From a virus, in IMG/VR virus record IMGVR_UViG_3300035512_000435: a stretch of 25,610 nucleotides of DNA. One strand, 5' to 3'. A program made the translations under genes and the position numbers. A model generated the notes under the pieces. It was not told the origin of the DNA. It saw only the letters and a list, made by a program, of their open reading frames with translations, and made no database searches. Below, in pieces: positions 17,701 through 25,377 of the stretch (positions are counted from its first letter, which is position 1; each line of letters starts with the position of its first letter).

Positions 17701-19359
17701 AGCGTTGTGGCAGGTGGCAACAACTACATTGCAAACGGTGCATACTTTAGCAGCTTGAGTGGCTGGGCACTAAGCATTGACCCAACGGAGTACCCTGTTA
17801 CAGATGAGGAGGGCAACAACACATACGATGATGATGGCAACCTCATTACTCAAACGCAAAAAGGAGTACTGGCACTGGCAACCGATACCGTAATGGGCAA
17901 AGTGTTGCGAGTAACCAAACCAAATGCAGTAAGCTGGTGGTACTTTGGCACAGGCATGGAAGCCAACAAGGGCAACATTATGCTGCCAAATGGCAAGTTT
18001 AACAATGGCATCACCTACACCGTGGCATTTTGGGTTAAGTGCAGCAAGGCAGCCAAACTACGTGTGGGTATTTGCGATGGCACGTCTGCAAACATTGTTG
18101 CAGCTCTCAAAGATTTCGATGTCACCACCAAGTGGCAGCGCATAAGCTACACCTTTACGGCAAACAACTTGAGTAGCAAAAATTCACGCCTCTACATTAC
18201 CACTGCCAACGATGTGTATTTCAGCTACTGCTGGTTTACCAAGTTCGTACTGGTGGAGGGCACAAAAGCCCCAGAGTGGAGCAGCAGCGACCAAGAGGTG
18301 CAGGCTGCCATTACCGCCAACGCTGACCTACTCAAAGCCATTAACAGCAACTACACCCAAATTGAGGGTGGGCTTATCCTCTCCACTTTCCTCAAGCTGG
18401 GTGCGCTCATTGAGGGCGAAGATGAGGATGCGACATGGGTAGAGAGCGCAGGCTTAAAAGCCATGTACGAGAGCAAGGATGAGATTGCTGCATACTTTGG
18501 TGGTACGTATGAGGAGGCACTGGCTGGCACAAAAACTGGCATGACTATCATTTACCACAATGGTAAGCTCAAGGCTCAAAATGCAGACATTACAGGCGTT
18601 ATCAATGCCACCAGTGGCGTGTTTAAGAACGTGCTCATACAAGGTTCAACACGCAACAAGTTTACTTTGGTAGAGGGTAGCCTTACTACCAACTACAACG
18701 ATAATATTGCAATGTACAGCGCAGATGAGGGCTGGAGCACAGTGTTTAGTTTGCCGTGGGATAAAGAGCAAATTGGCAGGCGTATTGTTGTTGCCAACTT
18801 CTACTGGAACGGCTCTATATCACGTGGTAACACCTCTATCTCTGCCCCCAGTGGTAAGTACTTTTTCATTGATGGCATACGCAAATCAACGCTCAACATT
18901 AATAGGCAGGTTGTAGAGCTTATGGGCTTTGGCACTGGCGATAACTTCTATGGCTGGATAGTGCTTAATGCCATAGATGCATACACAGACAGGGCTTATG
19001 GCTCATGCTTTAAGTGCATTGCTACTGGCATGGTTACAGGCTCAAGCACTGGTGCAACCATTGACGCTATGTCGTTTGACAACAACCAGCTCACCGTTAC
19101 ACGTGTCTCCAAAGGCAGGTACAAGGTAACAATACCCTCAAGCTGGTTTGCAGAGGATGGCGATTACATGGTGTGGCTGCAAGGTACAGGCTGGATTGAC
19201 GGAGCAAACACCAAGAGCAGCACAGCATGGATAAAGGCAACGCTCATTAGCAAGACCAAAACCTACTTTGAGGTAGGCACGTCAGATGATGACAGTTCCA
19301 ATGATGGCTCTTTTGTTTTCATGATAAACAACCTAAGAGAGTGGAATAACTGGGGCTAA
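14716..19359 (+). CDS. Large tail / baseplate-associated protein (tail tip type)
   Basis: 1547 aa, MAKIIIKKRNGDVRCTLDSFAKLCTVKSAEQKRELLGEDTVTIKTESATPMELSVGDYIEIYG...; size and position after the tape measure. Confidence 0.75.
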   Translation: MAKIIIKKRNGDVRCTLDSFAKLCTVKSAEQKRELLGEDTVTIKTESATPMELSVGDYIEIYGSKYTLNKINEPTKTGERNFENSMVFEGLQYKLLDAQFRNADAAGKNPTADFSIVADVKLLMQLLITNVNRVAKSLGEQWELGDCPETEYTDYTFSNQNCLSVLQSTCSDNDLEFEIEAVDSTHFKLHIRKIGKLFPASFTFGKGGSIYKLTRKNVSSNDIITRLYIEGGTRNITSKYRDGATRLRIGDNEESYVENETAIAAFGVKEGSKTYDDIYPHRTGKVTAIVEGKPLQFVDEEMFDLNEKDEEGNTKYLIDSTTAKLKFTKGNLAGYQFEISKFDSATKTFTINQYEDSRGLKIPMAGSAYTIEKDAEYVLLDIVMPDDPYVVDAEAELLEAGKADLEEDSQPKVEYELELSSLELKRKFGSEVGTVNLFDIGDYLPIKDPDINVDKAIRIKAFTRDCYSDEYKYKLTLGDTVEVSLIERLIEDNEEFGKIIEINNLADLAKARMNWRTTQELLGMVFDGDGYFDASNIRPSSIETLMLSVGNRAGQFSLLNVIIEANATVSGTPNANYVKISSGTLIHYAIEETDRTWSMSSRSFTLTSNAAMYVYARCLKNGKTGDFVISTERFATDTGSYYYFQIGILSSVYNGYRELTTTYGATRITGRCINCGKIESIDKSTYFDLDNGEIGGKIKFVNSNGELVNITDLEQQLNNTGTSLGELSDLVDSLQEQVDGTIEYWFGTEEPTLTNEPASQWTDDDTKATHMGDIYTNTTTGLEYRFSRQGSSSTVNGELVRKWTYYWQEVPSSGIGQAIKTANEALGLAGTKSHTWVTASYSTHPDGEYKKGDLWITLNDFKIRIAINDRGTAWAAADWKEAGYSDDTKANEALSALQALADDSIITPTEKIMLKDEMENLKVDYSTVKAQAQLAGISTTAFDAAYSTLLVYTSNILADMTVNTTVEKATYNTLFAAYYTERTKLLDAISKGYVDSVVAGGNNYIANGAYFSSLSGWALSIDPTEYPVTDEEGNNTYDDDGNLITQTQKGVLALATDTVMGKVLRVTKPNAVSWWYFGTGMEANKGNIMLPNGKFNNGITYTVAFWVKCSKAAKLRVGICDGTSANIVAALKDFDVTTKWQRISYTFTANNLSSKNSRLYITTANDVYFSYCWFTKFVLVEGTKAPEWSSSDQEVQAAITANADLLKAINSNYTQIEGGLILSTFLKLGALIEGEDEDATWVESAGLKAMYESKDEIAAYFGGTYEEALAGTKTGMTIIYHNGKLKAQNADITGVINATSGVFKNVLIQGSTRNKFTLVEGSLTTNYNDNIAMYSADEGWSTVFSLPWDKEQIGRRIVVANFYWNGSISRGNTSISAPSGKYFFIDGIRKSTLNINRQVVELMGFGTGDNFYGWIVLNAIDAYTDRAYGSCFKCIATGMVTGSSTGATIDAMSFDNNQLTVTRVSKGRYKVTIPSSWFAEDGDYMVWLQGTGWIDGANTKSSTAWIKATLISKTKTYFEVGTSDDDSSNDGSFVFMINNLREWNNWG

Positions 19360-19392
19360 ACAGCAAAAATACAGTTACTTTCAAAAGTTGGG

Positions 19393-19433
19393 ATAGCCAA
19401 AGCGTACTTATGTTGTACACTTTGGCTATTTTT
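19393..19433 (+). terminator. Rho-independent terminator between the 1547-aa tail gene and the DGR region
   Basis: ATAGCCAAAG (19393-19402) pairs with CTTTGGCTAT (19420-19429), plus an inner GTAC/GTAC pair (404-407/415-418), 7-nt loop, followed by TTTT. Confidence 0.85.
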
Positions 19434-19464
19434 GCTTCCGAAATTAATATAACAATACATACGT

Positions 19465-19788
19465 ATGGAGTACAACAACCGATTTGTAAGCCCCGAAATG
19501 AGCGTTTCGCGCATTGTTGCCAAAGGCAAAGTGGGCGATTTAAGCAATGGGTTCAGCCTCAAAGGAGGCAAGCCTTTTACGGTGTACATACGCCCCAAAA
19601 CGCTATCAACTTTGGAGCGTGATGTGCTACTCAACTGCAAGCTCTATGCAGAGAGCGAGTACAGCGAAGTGCCTGTGCCTCTGTTCTGCTGGGTAGAGTT
19701 GTACATAACAGAGATTGCACCCAGTGAGGAGCTGCTTAACGGCTACGATATTTACTGGGGCAGTGGCAACGTGATTACTAACAAATAA
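19465..19788 (+). CDS. Hypothetical small tail-associated protein
   Basis: 107 aa, MEYNNRFVSPEMSVSRIVAKGKVGDLSNGFSLKGGKPFTVYIRPKTLSTLERDVLL..., directly upstream of the DGR target gene. Confidence 0.6.
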   Translation: MEYNNRFVSPEMSVSRIVAKGKVGDLSNGFSLKGGKPFTVYIRPKTLSTLERDVLLNCKLYAESEYSEVPVPLFCWVELYITEIAPSEELLNGYDIYWGSGNVITNK

Positions 19789-19800
19789 AAGCATACCAAT

Positions 19801-21222
19801 ATGGGAACATTAATTGGAATAGGCAACACCGTGCCACAATTCCCCTACACCGATTTGTGGTATGGCATACGCATCAACATTAAGAACGGTGGGCATTGCG
19901 TAGCCGATGGCAAGCTGGAACGAGTTGGCAACCTTGATTTGCACCGTAGCCTGCCCATACAAAAGCGCATCAAGCGTTTCATGGCAAACCTTGATGGCAG
20001 TGTTAACTACTGGCTGGGCGCAAATGACAGCACGCTCAAAGAGGGTGGAGGTGCAGCACGACTAAATGCGTTGGATGGCAACGTAATGCTGTACAAGCCC
20101 GACTACTACAGACGCATTGAGTTTGATGGTGAGTACCTGCTTGTAGCCATTAGTGAGGTAGCACTTCCTGGCTTTACGCACATGAAAGAGAAAGTGCGCT
20201 CACCGTGGCTGGCAACATTTGACCGCACCACCAACAAGCCTGTGAGTGCTTGCTTTTTGCAATTTAACTCTGATGGCTCTCTAAAGCGTGACGATGATGG
20301 CATTTTGGTTATGGCAGACAACGCTGCCAATTACCGAGGTGGCACAAACAACTCAAGCTACGATGGCACATACAGGAGCATGTTGGGTATGCCTGCCACC
20401 AGCAACACAAAAGCAACCATACGCACACGCTGCAAATCGCTGGGCGATAACTACCACCACGGAGGCTGGCGTTTCCGTGAAGAAATGAGCTGGCTTATGG
20501 CTATTGAGTTTGGCGATTTGGATAGCGATGCAGCCTACAATTCAGCCAAAACAAGCGATGGCTTTGCACAGGGTGGTTTGGGTAATGGCACACTGGTAGC
20601 CAGTGGCGAGTGGAGCAGCTTTAATAGCTATAACCCTCTTATCCCTTGTGGAGTTACCGCCAAACTGGGCAACAACACTGGCGTAGTAAGCTACACCATT
20701 AAAAACTGGAAAGACGGAGCAGACAAGGTGATCACCGTTGCCAGTTACCGAGGCTGGGAGCAACCCCAGCGCAACCTGTGGGAGCACAACGATGATGTGC
20801 TGGTACACAATGATAAGCCCTCTGATGGAGGCGCAAAGCTGTTGTACCTGTGCAGCGACCCCAGCAAGTTTACCACGCCCTCTGATAAGGCAACAGCCGT
20901 GCCCGATGGCTATGTTGAGGTGGGTGCGCTGCCCTCAAGCTCTGGTTACATTTCAGAGATGGGCGTTGGCAATGGCTATACGTTCCCCAGCAGCGTAACC
21001 AACGGAGCAAGCAACAAGATGTATTGCGATTACTACTGGGCTGCCTCTGTTACAGATGATAACGGTGCAGATGGCTGGTATCAGCTCCTCTCTGCTGCTA
21101 ATGCGTATAATTCGGAGCATGCGGGTGTCCGCTGTGCGATTGCGGGTCTTCGCGGTGCGAGTACGGATGCGAATTATGGTTTCCCCCTGTGCCTTGATTT
21201 TCCGAGTTCCGAGGGCATTTGA
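19801..21222 (+). CDS. DGR target (variable) protein, probable receptor-binding tail protein with C-terminal variable domain
   Basis: 473 aa. C-terminal CDYYWAASVTDDNGADGWYQLLSAANAYNSEHAGVRCAIAGLRGASTDANYGFPLCLDFPSSEGI is encoded by a VR matching the downstream TR with only adenine-directed changes. Confidence 0.93.
   Translation: MGTLIGIGNTVPQFPYTDLWYGIRINIKNGGHCVADGKLERVGNLDLHRSLPIQKRIKRFMANLDGSVNYWLGANDSTLKEGGGAARLNALDGNVMLYKPDYYRRIEFDGEYLLVAISEVALPGFTHMKEKVRSPWLATFDRTTNKPVSACFLQFNSDGSLKRDDDGILVMADNAANYRGGTNNSSYDGTYRSMLGMPATSNTKATIRTRCKSLGDNYHHGGWRFREEMSWLMAIEFGDLDSDAAYNSAKTSDGFAQGGLGNGTLVASGEWSSFNSYNPLIPCGVTAKLGNNTGVVSYTIKNWKDGADKVITVASYRGWEQPQRNLWEHNDDVLVHNDKPSDGGAKLLYLCSDPSKFTTPSDKATAVPDGYVEVGALPSSSGYISEMGVGNGYTFPSSVTNGASNKMYCDYYWAASVTDDNGADGWYQLLSAANAYNSEHAGVRCAIAGLRGASTDANYGFPLCLDFPSSEGI
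21083..21188 (+). repeat. DGR variable repeat (VR)
   Basis: 106-nt ungapped alignment to TR 21400-21505 (offset 317). Nine mismatches, all at TR A positions. Confidence 0.97.
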
Positions 21223-21690
21223 AAAACCAGCCCCTCAAGTAACGCAAACTAATTAGAGTAATAACAAAAAAGTATATCAACATGGCAACTGAAAACAAAC
21301 AAATAAACTCACCGCCCTGCTGGGTGTGGAGCTTGTAGCCTCAAGGCTCAAGTTTCGGCAATTCGGCAAAGGTTAATTAAAGGTTTCGGTGGTTCGGGAA
21401 GCTCCTCTCTGCTGCTAATGCGAATAATTCGGAGAATGCGGGTGTCCGCTGTGCGAATGCGAATAATCGCGGTGCGAATACGAATGCGAATTATGGTTTC
21501 CCCCTTATACCGTTTTTTCGGTTTTCCCTTTACACGGAAAACAAACCTATAACCACCGATTAACCATGCCTCTCAAGAGCAGCACCGCCCTACGCATGGG
21601 GTTGTGCTGCTGGCAAAAGAATATGGACAAATAAAGTGCTGGTAGGTTACAGGTGTAACAGCCTGTGAGTTCGAAGGCTCTTATTCAACA
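21223..21690 (+). ncRNA. Probable TR-containing non-coding template RNA region (boundaries unknown)
   Basis: 468 nt between target stop and RT start with no credible ORF of avd length. Contains the TR and predicted hairpins. Confidence 0.6.
21400..21505 (+). repeat. DGR template repeat (TR), intergenic
   Basis: AGCTCCTCTCTGCTGCTAATGCGAATAATTCGGAGAATGCGGGTGTCCGCTGTGCGAATGCGAATAATCGCGGTGCGAATACGAATGCGAATTATGGTTTCCCCCT; has 10 in-register AAT codons, adjacent to the RT. Confidence 0.97.
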
Positions 21691-23163
21691 ATGGCACATA
21701 AAATTTACTATAGCCCAAATACTAACAGTTACTGCAAAGTACGCGAACCCGAAAACGTGCTACGTGCAACCAACAACACAATGCGTGGCAAAAAGAAACG
21801 CTACGATGTGCAAAGGTTTATGAGCGATGGCTACATAGAGGGAGTAACCGAGGTATGGGAGCTATTGGATCAGCAAAAGTTTGTACCCTCACCCTATGCA
21901 GACAAAACAATATTTGACAACAAGGAGAGGCATTTGAAAATTGCACCTCTCAAGCCAGATAAAATTGTGCATCACTGCCTAATAGATGTGATTGAGCCAG
22001 ACCTGCTGAAATTGTTTATTGCCAATACCTACGCCTGTGTAAAAGGGCGAGGTATTCACCGTTGCCTAAACGACCTTAACCGAGCGTTGAAACGAGACAA
22101 ACGAGGTACACAGTATTGCCTCAAGACCGACATACACCACTACTACGACAGCATTGCGCATGAGGTACTGAAACGTATTATTGCAAGATACTGGGGCGAT
22201 AAATTATTGCTGTGGCTCATGTACACAATAATAGATAGCATAGAGGGTGGCGTTGGTTTGCCCATAGGCTTTTTAACCAGCCAGCATTTTGCCAACCTAT
22301 ACCTCACACCATTTGACCACTGGGTTAAGGAGGTGCTGGGTAACGAGGTAAAAAGGCTGTTCGGTTACAAGCTCTACTATTACCGCTACATGGATGATAT
22401 GACTTTCCTTTGTGGCAGCAAGCCAGCCCTACACTACGTGTTTGAGCGTATGCAAGAGTACTTAAATGTAAACTTGCTGCTTACCATAAAGAGCAACTGG
22501 CAAATCTTCCCTGTAGATGCACGCTCCATAGACTTTGTAGGCTATAAGAGCAACCACTACAATGTGCTTGCACGCAAGAGCATACTCTACAACTATTGGC
22601 GTAAGCTCAAGGCTGTACAACGTAAAAATGGCTTTATTGAGTTTGATGAGGTAAAGCAGCTCATGGCAGCCCACTATGGTTGGCTACAGCATTGCAGCAA
22701 AGCGCATTTTGAGCAACTATTAAAAATGACATTACAACAAATAAGAGAACATAACAAGATGGCACTCCAAAGATTACATTTAGGTTTGCACAGCGATAGC
22801 GTGCAGCCTACGTTTGATGTTGTTGACCGAGTAAAAGGCACAACACTCTACAATTTCAACCAACACTACGTGGAGGCAACGCAAACCAATGCCGATGGCA
22901 AAGAGGAGAGCGTAAAGGTTAACGAGTACAACAGCCTGCTGGTTGACTACCCTGTAACCGCCAACACCATACTGCAAACGCTCATTGAGGCGAAGTACAG
23001 CAACGATGTAGAGAAAAAGCTCATTAACGACTACAATGCAGCCGTGGCTGGCATTGAGGATGAGAGCAAGAAACAGCCCTACCTTGATTTCCTTGCAGAG
23101 CGCAAGGCGTTGCGTGCCATGATTGACGCAGACTGCACAACCAATGGCATACCTTTAGCATAG
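21691..23163 (+). CDS. DGR reverse transcriptase with C-terminal extension
   Basis: 490 aa. GLPIGFLTSQHFANLYL (IGxxxSQ form typical of DGR RTs; IGFLTSQ at residues 192-198) and catalytic YMDD (residues 233-236, nt 22387-22398), plus CLKTDIHHYYDSI. Lies next to the TR. Confidence 0.94.
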   Translation: MAHKIYYSPNTNSYCKVREPENVLRATNNTMRGKKKRYDVQRFMSDGYIEGVTEVWELLDQQKFVPSPYADKTIFDNKERHLKIAPLKPDKIVHHCLIDVIEPDLLKLFIANTYACVKGRGIHRCLNDLNRALKRDKRGTQYCLKTDIHHYYDSIAHEVLKRIIARYWGDKLLLWLMYTIIDSIEGGVGLPIGFLTSQHFANLYLTPFDHWVKEVLGNEVKRLFGYKLYYYRYMDDMTFLCGSKPALHYVFERMQEYLNVNLLLTIKSNWQIFPVDARSIDFVGYKSNHYNVLARKSILYNYWRKLKAVQRKNGFIEFDEVKQLMAAHYGWLQHCSKAHFEQLLKMTLQQIREHNKMALQRLHLGLHSDSVQPTFDVVDRVKGTTLYNFNQHYVEATQTNADGKEESVKVNEYNSLLVDYPVTANTILQTLIEAKYSNDVEKKLINDYNAAVAGIEDESKKQPYLDFLAERKALRAMIDADCTTNGIPLA

Positions 23164-23172
23164 AGCAGCAGT

Positions 23173-23592
23173 ATGGTAGAGGAGGAAACATTTGATTTTG
23201 CTGATTTCTCGCTGCAAGGAGATAGCGCAGGCACAGAACGCCCCACTGGAGATTACCCCAGCATTGATGAGGTAATTAACAAGCCCATTTGGTGTACTGG
23301 CTTTACTGACAGCGTTGAGACCGAGAACGGAAAACGTACTGTTGTTAAGTTCAAATGGGAGCTTACAGGAGCTGAAACTGCCTTTTGGACGAGTAGCAAA
23401 AAGCTACTGGGTACATTGCGCAACCCCAGCATACGTTTTCCTTTCCATACCATTATTAAAGTAGTATTTATCCGAGAGATGGCAGGCTTTGAGTTCCGTA
23501 GCGCAAAGGAGGCTGTTTCGCAAGATGATACGGATGCGCTAAACATGTACTTAATAAAAAAGAGGAGTTACATGAAAACCAAACGTAGATAA
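23173..23592 (+). CDS. Hypothetical protein downstream of the RT, possible DGR-associated factor
   Basis: 139 aa, starts 9 nt after the RT stop. Basic C-terminus (KKRSYMKTKRR). Confidence 0.65.
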   Translation: MVEEETFDFADFSLQGDSAGTERPTGDYPSIDEVINKPIWCTGFTDSVETENGKRTVVKFKWELTGAETAFWTSSKKLLGTLRNPSIRFPFHTIIKVVFIREMAGFEFRSAKEAVSQDDTDALNMYLIKKRSYMKTKRR

Positions 23593-24116
23593 TGGAAAAA
23601 ACAAATTTAATTACAACTATTGAGTTCAACAACCTCATATCAATAGCAATGCTTGCCTGCCTCATTGTGCTGGTGGCAATGATAGTAGACCTCATTAGCG
23701 GTTTGAGCAAAGCCAAACAGCGTGGGGAGTACACCAGTAGCAATGCACTCAAGCGCACGCTCAACAAGTTCGTCATGTATGAGGGAGGTATGGTAATTGC
23801 CATTTGTATTGATGTGCTGCTCCACTTCTCCCACCTGCACCAGTTGTTTAGGCTGGATGCGATATATGGCGTACCAGTAGTAACCCTGCTTGTGGGCATT
23901 TTCCTTTGCATTGTAGAGTATTTAAGCGTGCGAGAGAAAGCCGACAAAAAAACACGCACCGAGTTTGCGAGAGTGGAGGAGCGAGTAAGCGAGCTGGCAA
24001 AGAAATACATTACAAAGGATGAGCTGCTGCAAGTACTAACTGATATTGTGAGAGAGAACAACCAAGCAAGAACAGGAGGTAGCGATGAGAGCATTAACAA
24101 CGGAGCTACTGGCTAA
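23592..24116 (+). CDS. Phage holin
   Basis: 174 aa with transmembrane segments; AMIVDLISGLSKAKQRGEYTSSNALKRTLNKFVMYEGGMV fits the holin family common in Bacteroidetes prophages. Confidence 0.8.
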   Translation: MEKTNLITTIEFNNLISIAMLACLIVLVAMIVDLISGLSKAKQRGEYTSSNALKRTLNKFVMYEGGMVIAICIDVLLHFSHLHQLFRLDAIYGVPVVTLLVGIFLCIVEYLSVREKADKKTRTEFARVEERVSELAKKYITKDELLQVLTDIVRENNQARTGGSDESINNGATG

Positions 24117-24747
24117 AATTTACCCAGCCTCCAAAGCAGAGAACCGCCAACGCTATGCGCAGGCTCTTTACACAGCCTGTTGCAGGTATGGCATTGCAGA
24201 GAACCTGCACCGTATGCGTGCCTTTTTAGCGCAAATTGGAGTAGAGAGTGGGCAACTGGCAGCAGTTGAGGAGAACCTTAACTACTCTGCCAGTGGGTTG
24301 CGCACAACCTTTCCCAAGTACTTCCCCACTACAGCACTGGCAACAGCCTATGCACGCAAGCCTCAAAAAATTGCCAACAGAGTTTATGCAAATAGGCTGG
24401 GCAATGGTAATGAGGCATCGGGTGATGGCTGGCGTTACCGAGGGCGTGGGCTTATTCAGATTACAGGCAAGGCAAACTACTTGCTGCTGGATAACGGAGG
24501 CATTAGCATGCCTATGGGCACAGACCTCATAGATGAGCCAGAGCTGCTGGCAAGCACACCCCAGTACGCAGCCGATAGTGCAGCATGGTGGTGGCGCAAG
24601 GCAGGGCTTAACGAGCTTGCCGACCAACTGGGAGGCAGCAACGAGGTTGAGGTGTTTAAGCGCATTACAAAAAAAATCAATGGTGGTTACAACGGTTTGG
24701 CGCAACGCCAAAAGCTGTACGAACTGGCTAAAAAGTACCTTGTATGA
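24085..24747 (+). CDS. Endolysin, GH19 chitinase/lysozyme-like
   Basis: 220 aa; AQIGVESGQLAAVEENLNYSASGLRTTFPKYF...IANRVYANRLGNGNEASGDGWRYRGRGLIQITGKANY. Confidence 0.9.
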   Translation: MRALTTELLAKIYPASKAENRQRYAQALYTACCRYGIAENLHRMRAFLAQIGVESGQLAAVEENLNYSASGLRTTFPKYFPTTALATAYARKPQKIANRVYANRLGNGNEASGDGWRYRGRGLIQITGKANYLLLDNGGISMPMGTDLIDEPELLASTPQYAADSAAWWWRKAGLNELADQLGGSNEVEVFKRITKKINGGYNGLAQRQKLYELAKKYLV

Positions 24748-25346
24748 AGAAGTTTCTTTTCATAGTTGTTATAGTCCTACTCGCAGTAGCGAGTGGGGCT
24801 ATTTCTCGCTGCTCAAGCATAAAAAGCGAGAATAGCAGGTTACAGAGCAACCAACAGGCTCTACTCTCTGATGTGGAGCTTTACCAAACGGAGGCAGGAG
24901 AGAGTGCTGCTAAAGTGCAACGGCTGGAGCTTACCAATAAAGAGTTTGCCAGCCAGTGCGCAGACCTCAAAGCGCAAGTGGAGCAACTGGGTATTAAAAA
25001 CAAGTACCTGCAAACGCTCATAACCACCAGTGCGCACACAACGCTCACCATAGACACCATAGTAAAGGATAGCATTGTGTACCTGCCAGCGTTGGCACAG
25101 CTTGATACGCTAAAATGTTTTGAGTATAACGATGGCTGGGTAAAGGCTCAAGGCTGCATAGATAAGAGCAACAGGTTTACTGGCAGCTTTGAGAGCAAAG
25201 ACAGCTTGCTAATAGTAGCGCACCGAGTGCCCAAACGCTTCCTCTTTATTCGCTGGGGCTGCAAGGCTGTTGAGCTGGATATTGTGAGCAACAACCCCCA
25301 CACGCAAATTAGCCATGCTAAATATGTGGAGTTTAGCAAAAAATGA
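24744..25346 (+). CDS. Spanin-like / Rz-like membrane-anchored lysis protein
   Basis: 200 aa with one N-terminal hydrophobic segment followed by a coiled coil; directly after the lysin with 4-nt overlap. Confidence 0.6.
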   Translation: MKKFLFIVVIVLLAVASGAISRCSSIKSENSRLQSNQQALLSDVELYQTEAGESAAKVQRLELTNKEFASQCADLKAQVEQLGIKNKYLQTLITTSAHTTLTIDTIVKDSIVYLPALAQLDTLKCFEYNDGWVKAQGCIDKSNRFTGSFESKDSLLIVAHRVPKRFLFIRWGCKAVELDIVSNNPHTQISHAKYVEFSKK

Positions 25347-25377
25347 CTACCTTTGCAGCGATAACCATTGAGCTACC

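Noticed and set aside
19427-19434. TATTTTTG as a -7 promoter element
   Set aside because: It lies in the terminator stem/T run, and no TTTG -33 element is found at the right distance.
21041-21082. Extension of VR/TR homology upstream of 21083/21400
   Set aside because: The upstream flanks (ATGGCTGGTATC versus GGTGGTTCGGGA) differ at many non-A positions, so the repeat is taken to start at 21083/21400.
21056-21298. Small ORFs 21056-21256 (+) and 21098-21298 (-) overlapping the VR
   Set aside because: Out of frame or antisense to the target gene; no support as an Avd.
21691-23163. Retron, abortive-infection or group II intron RT
   Set aside because: The IGxxxSQ motif and an adjacent VR/TR pair with adenine-only differences point to a DGR. 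No maturase/HNH domain or intron RNA structure was noticed.
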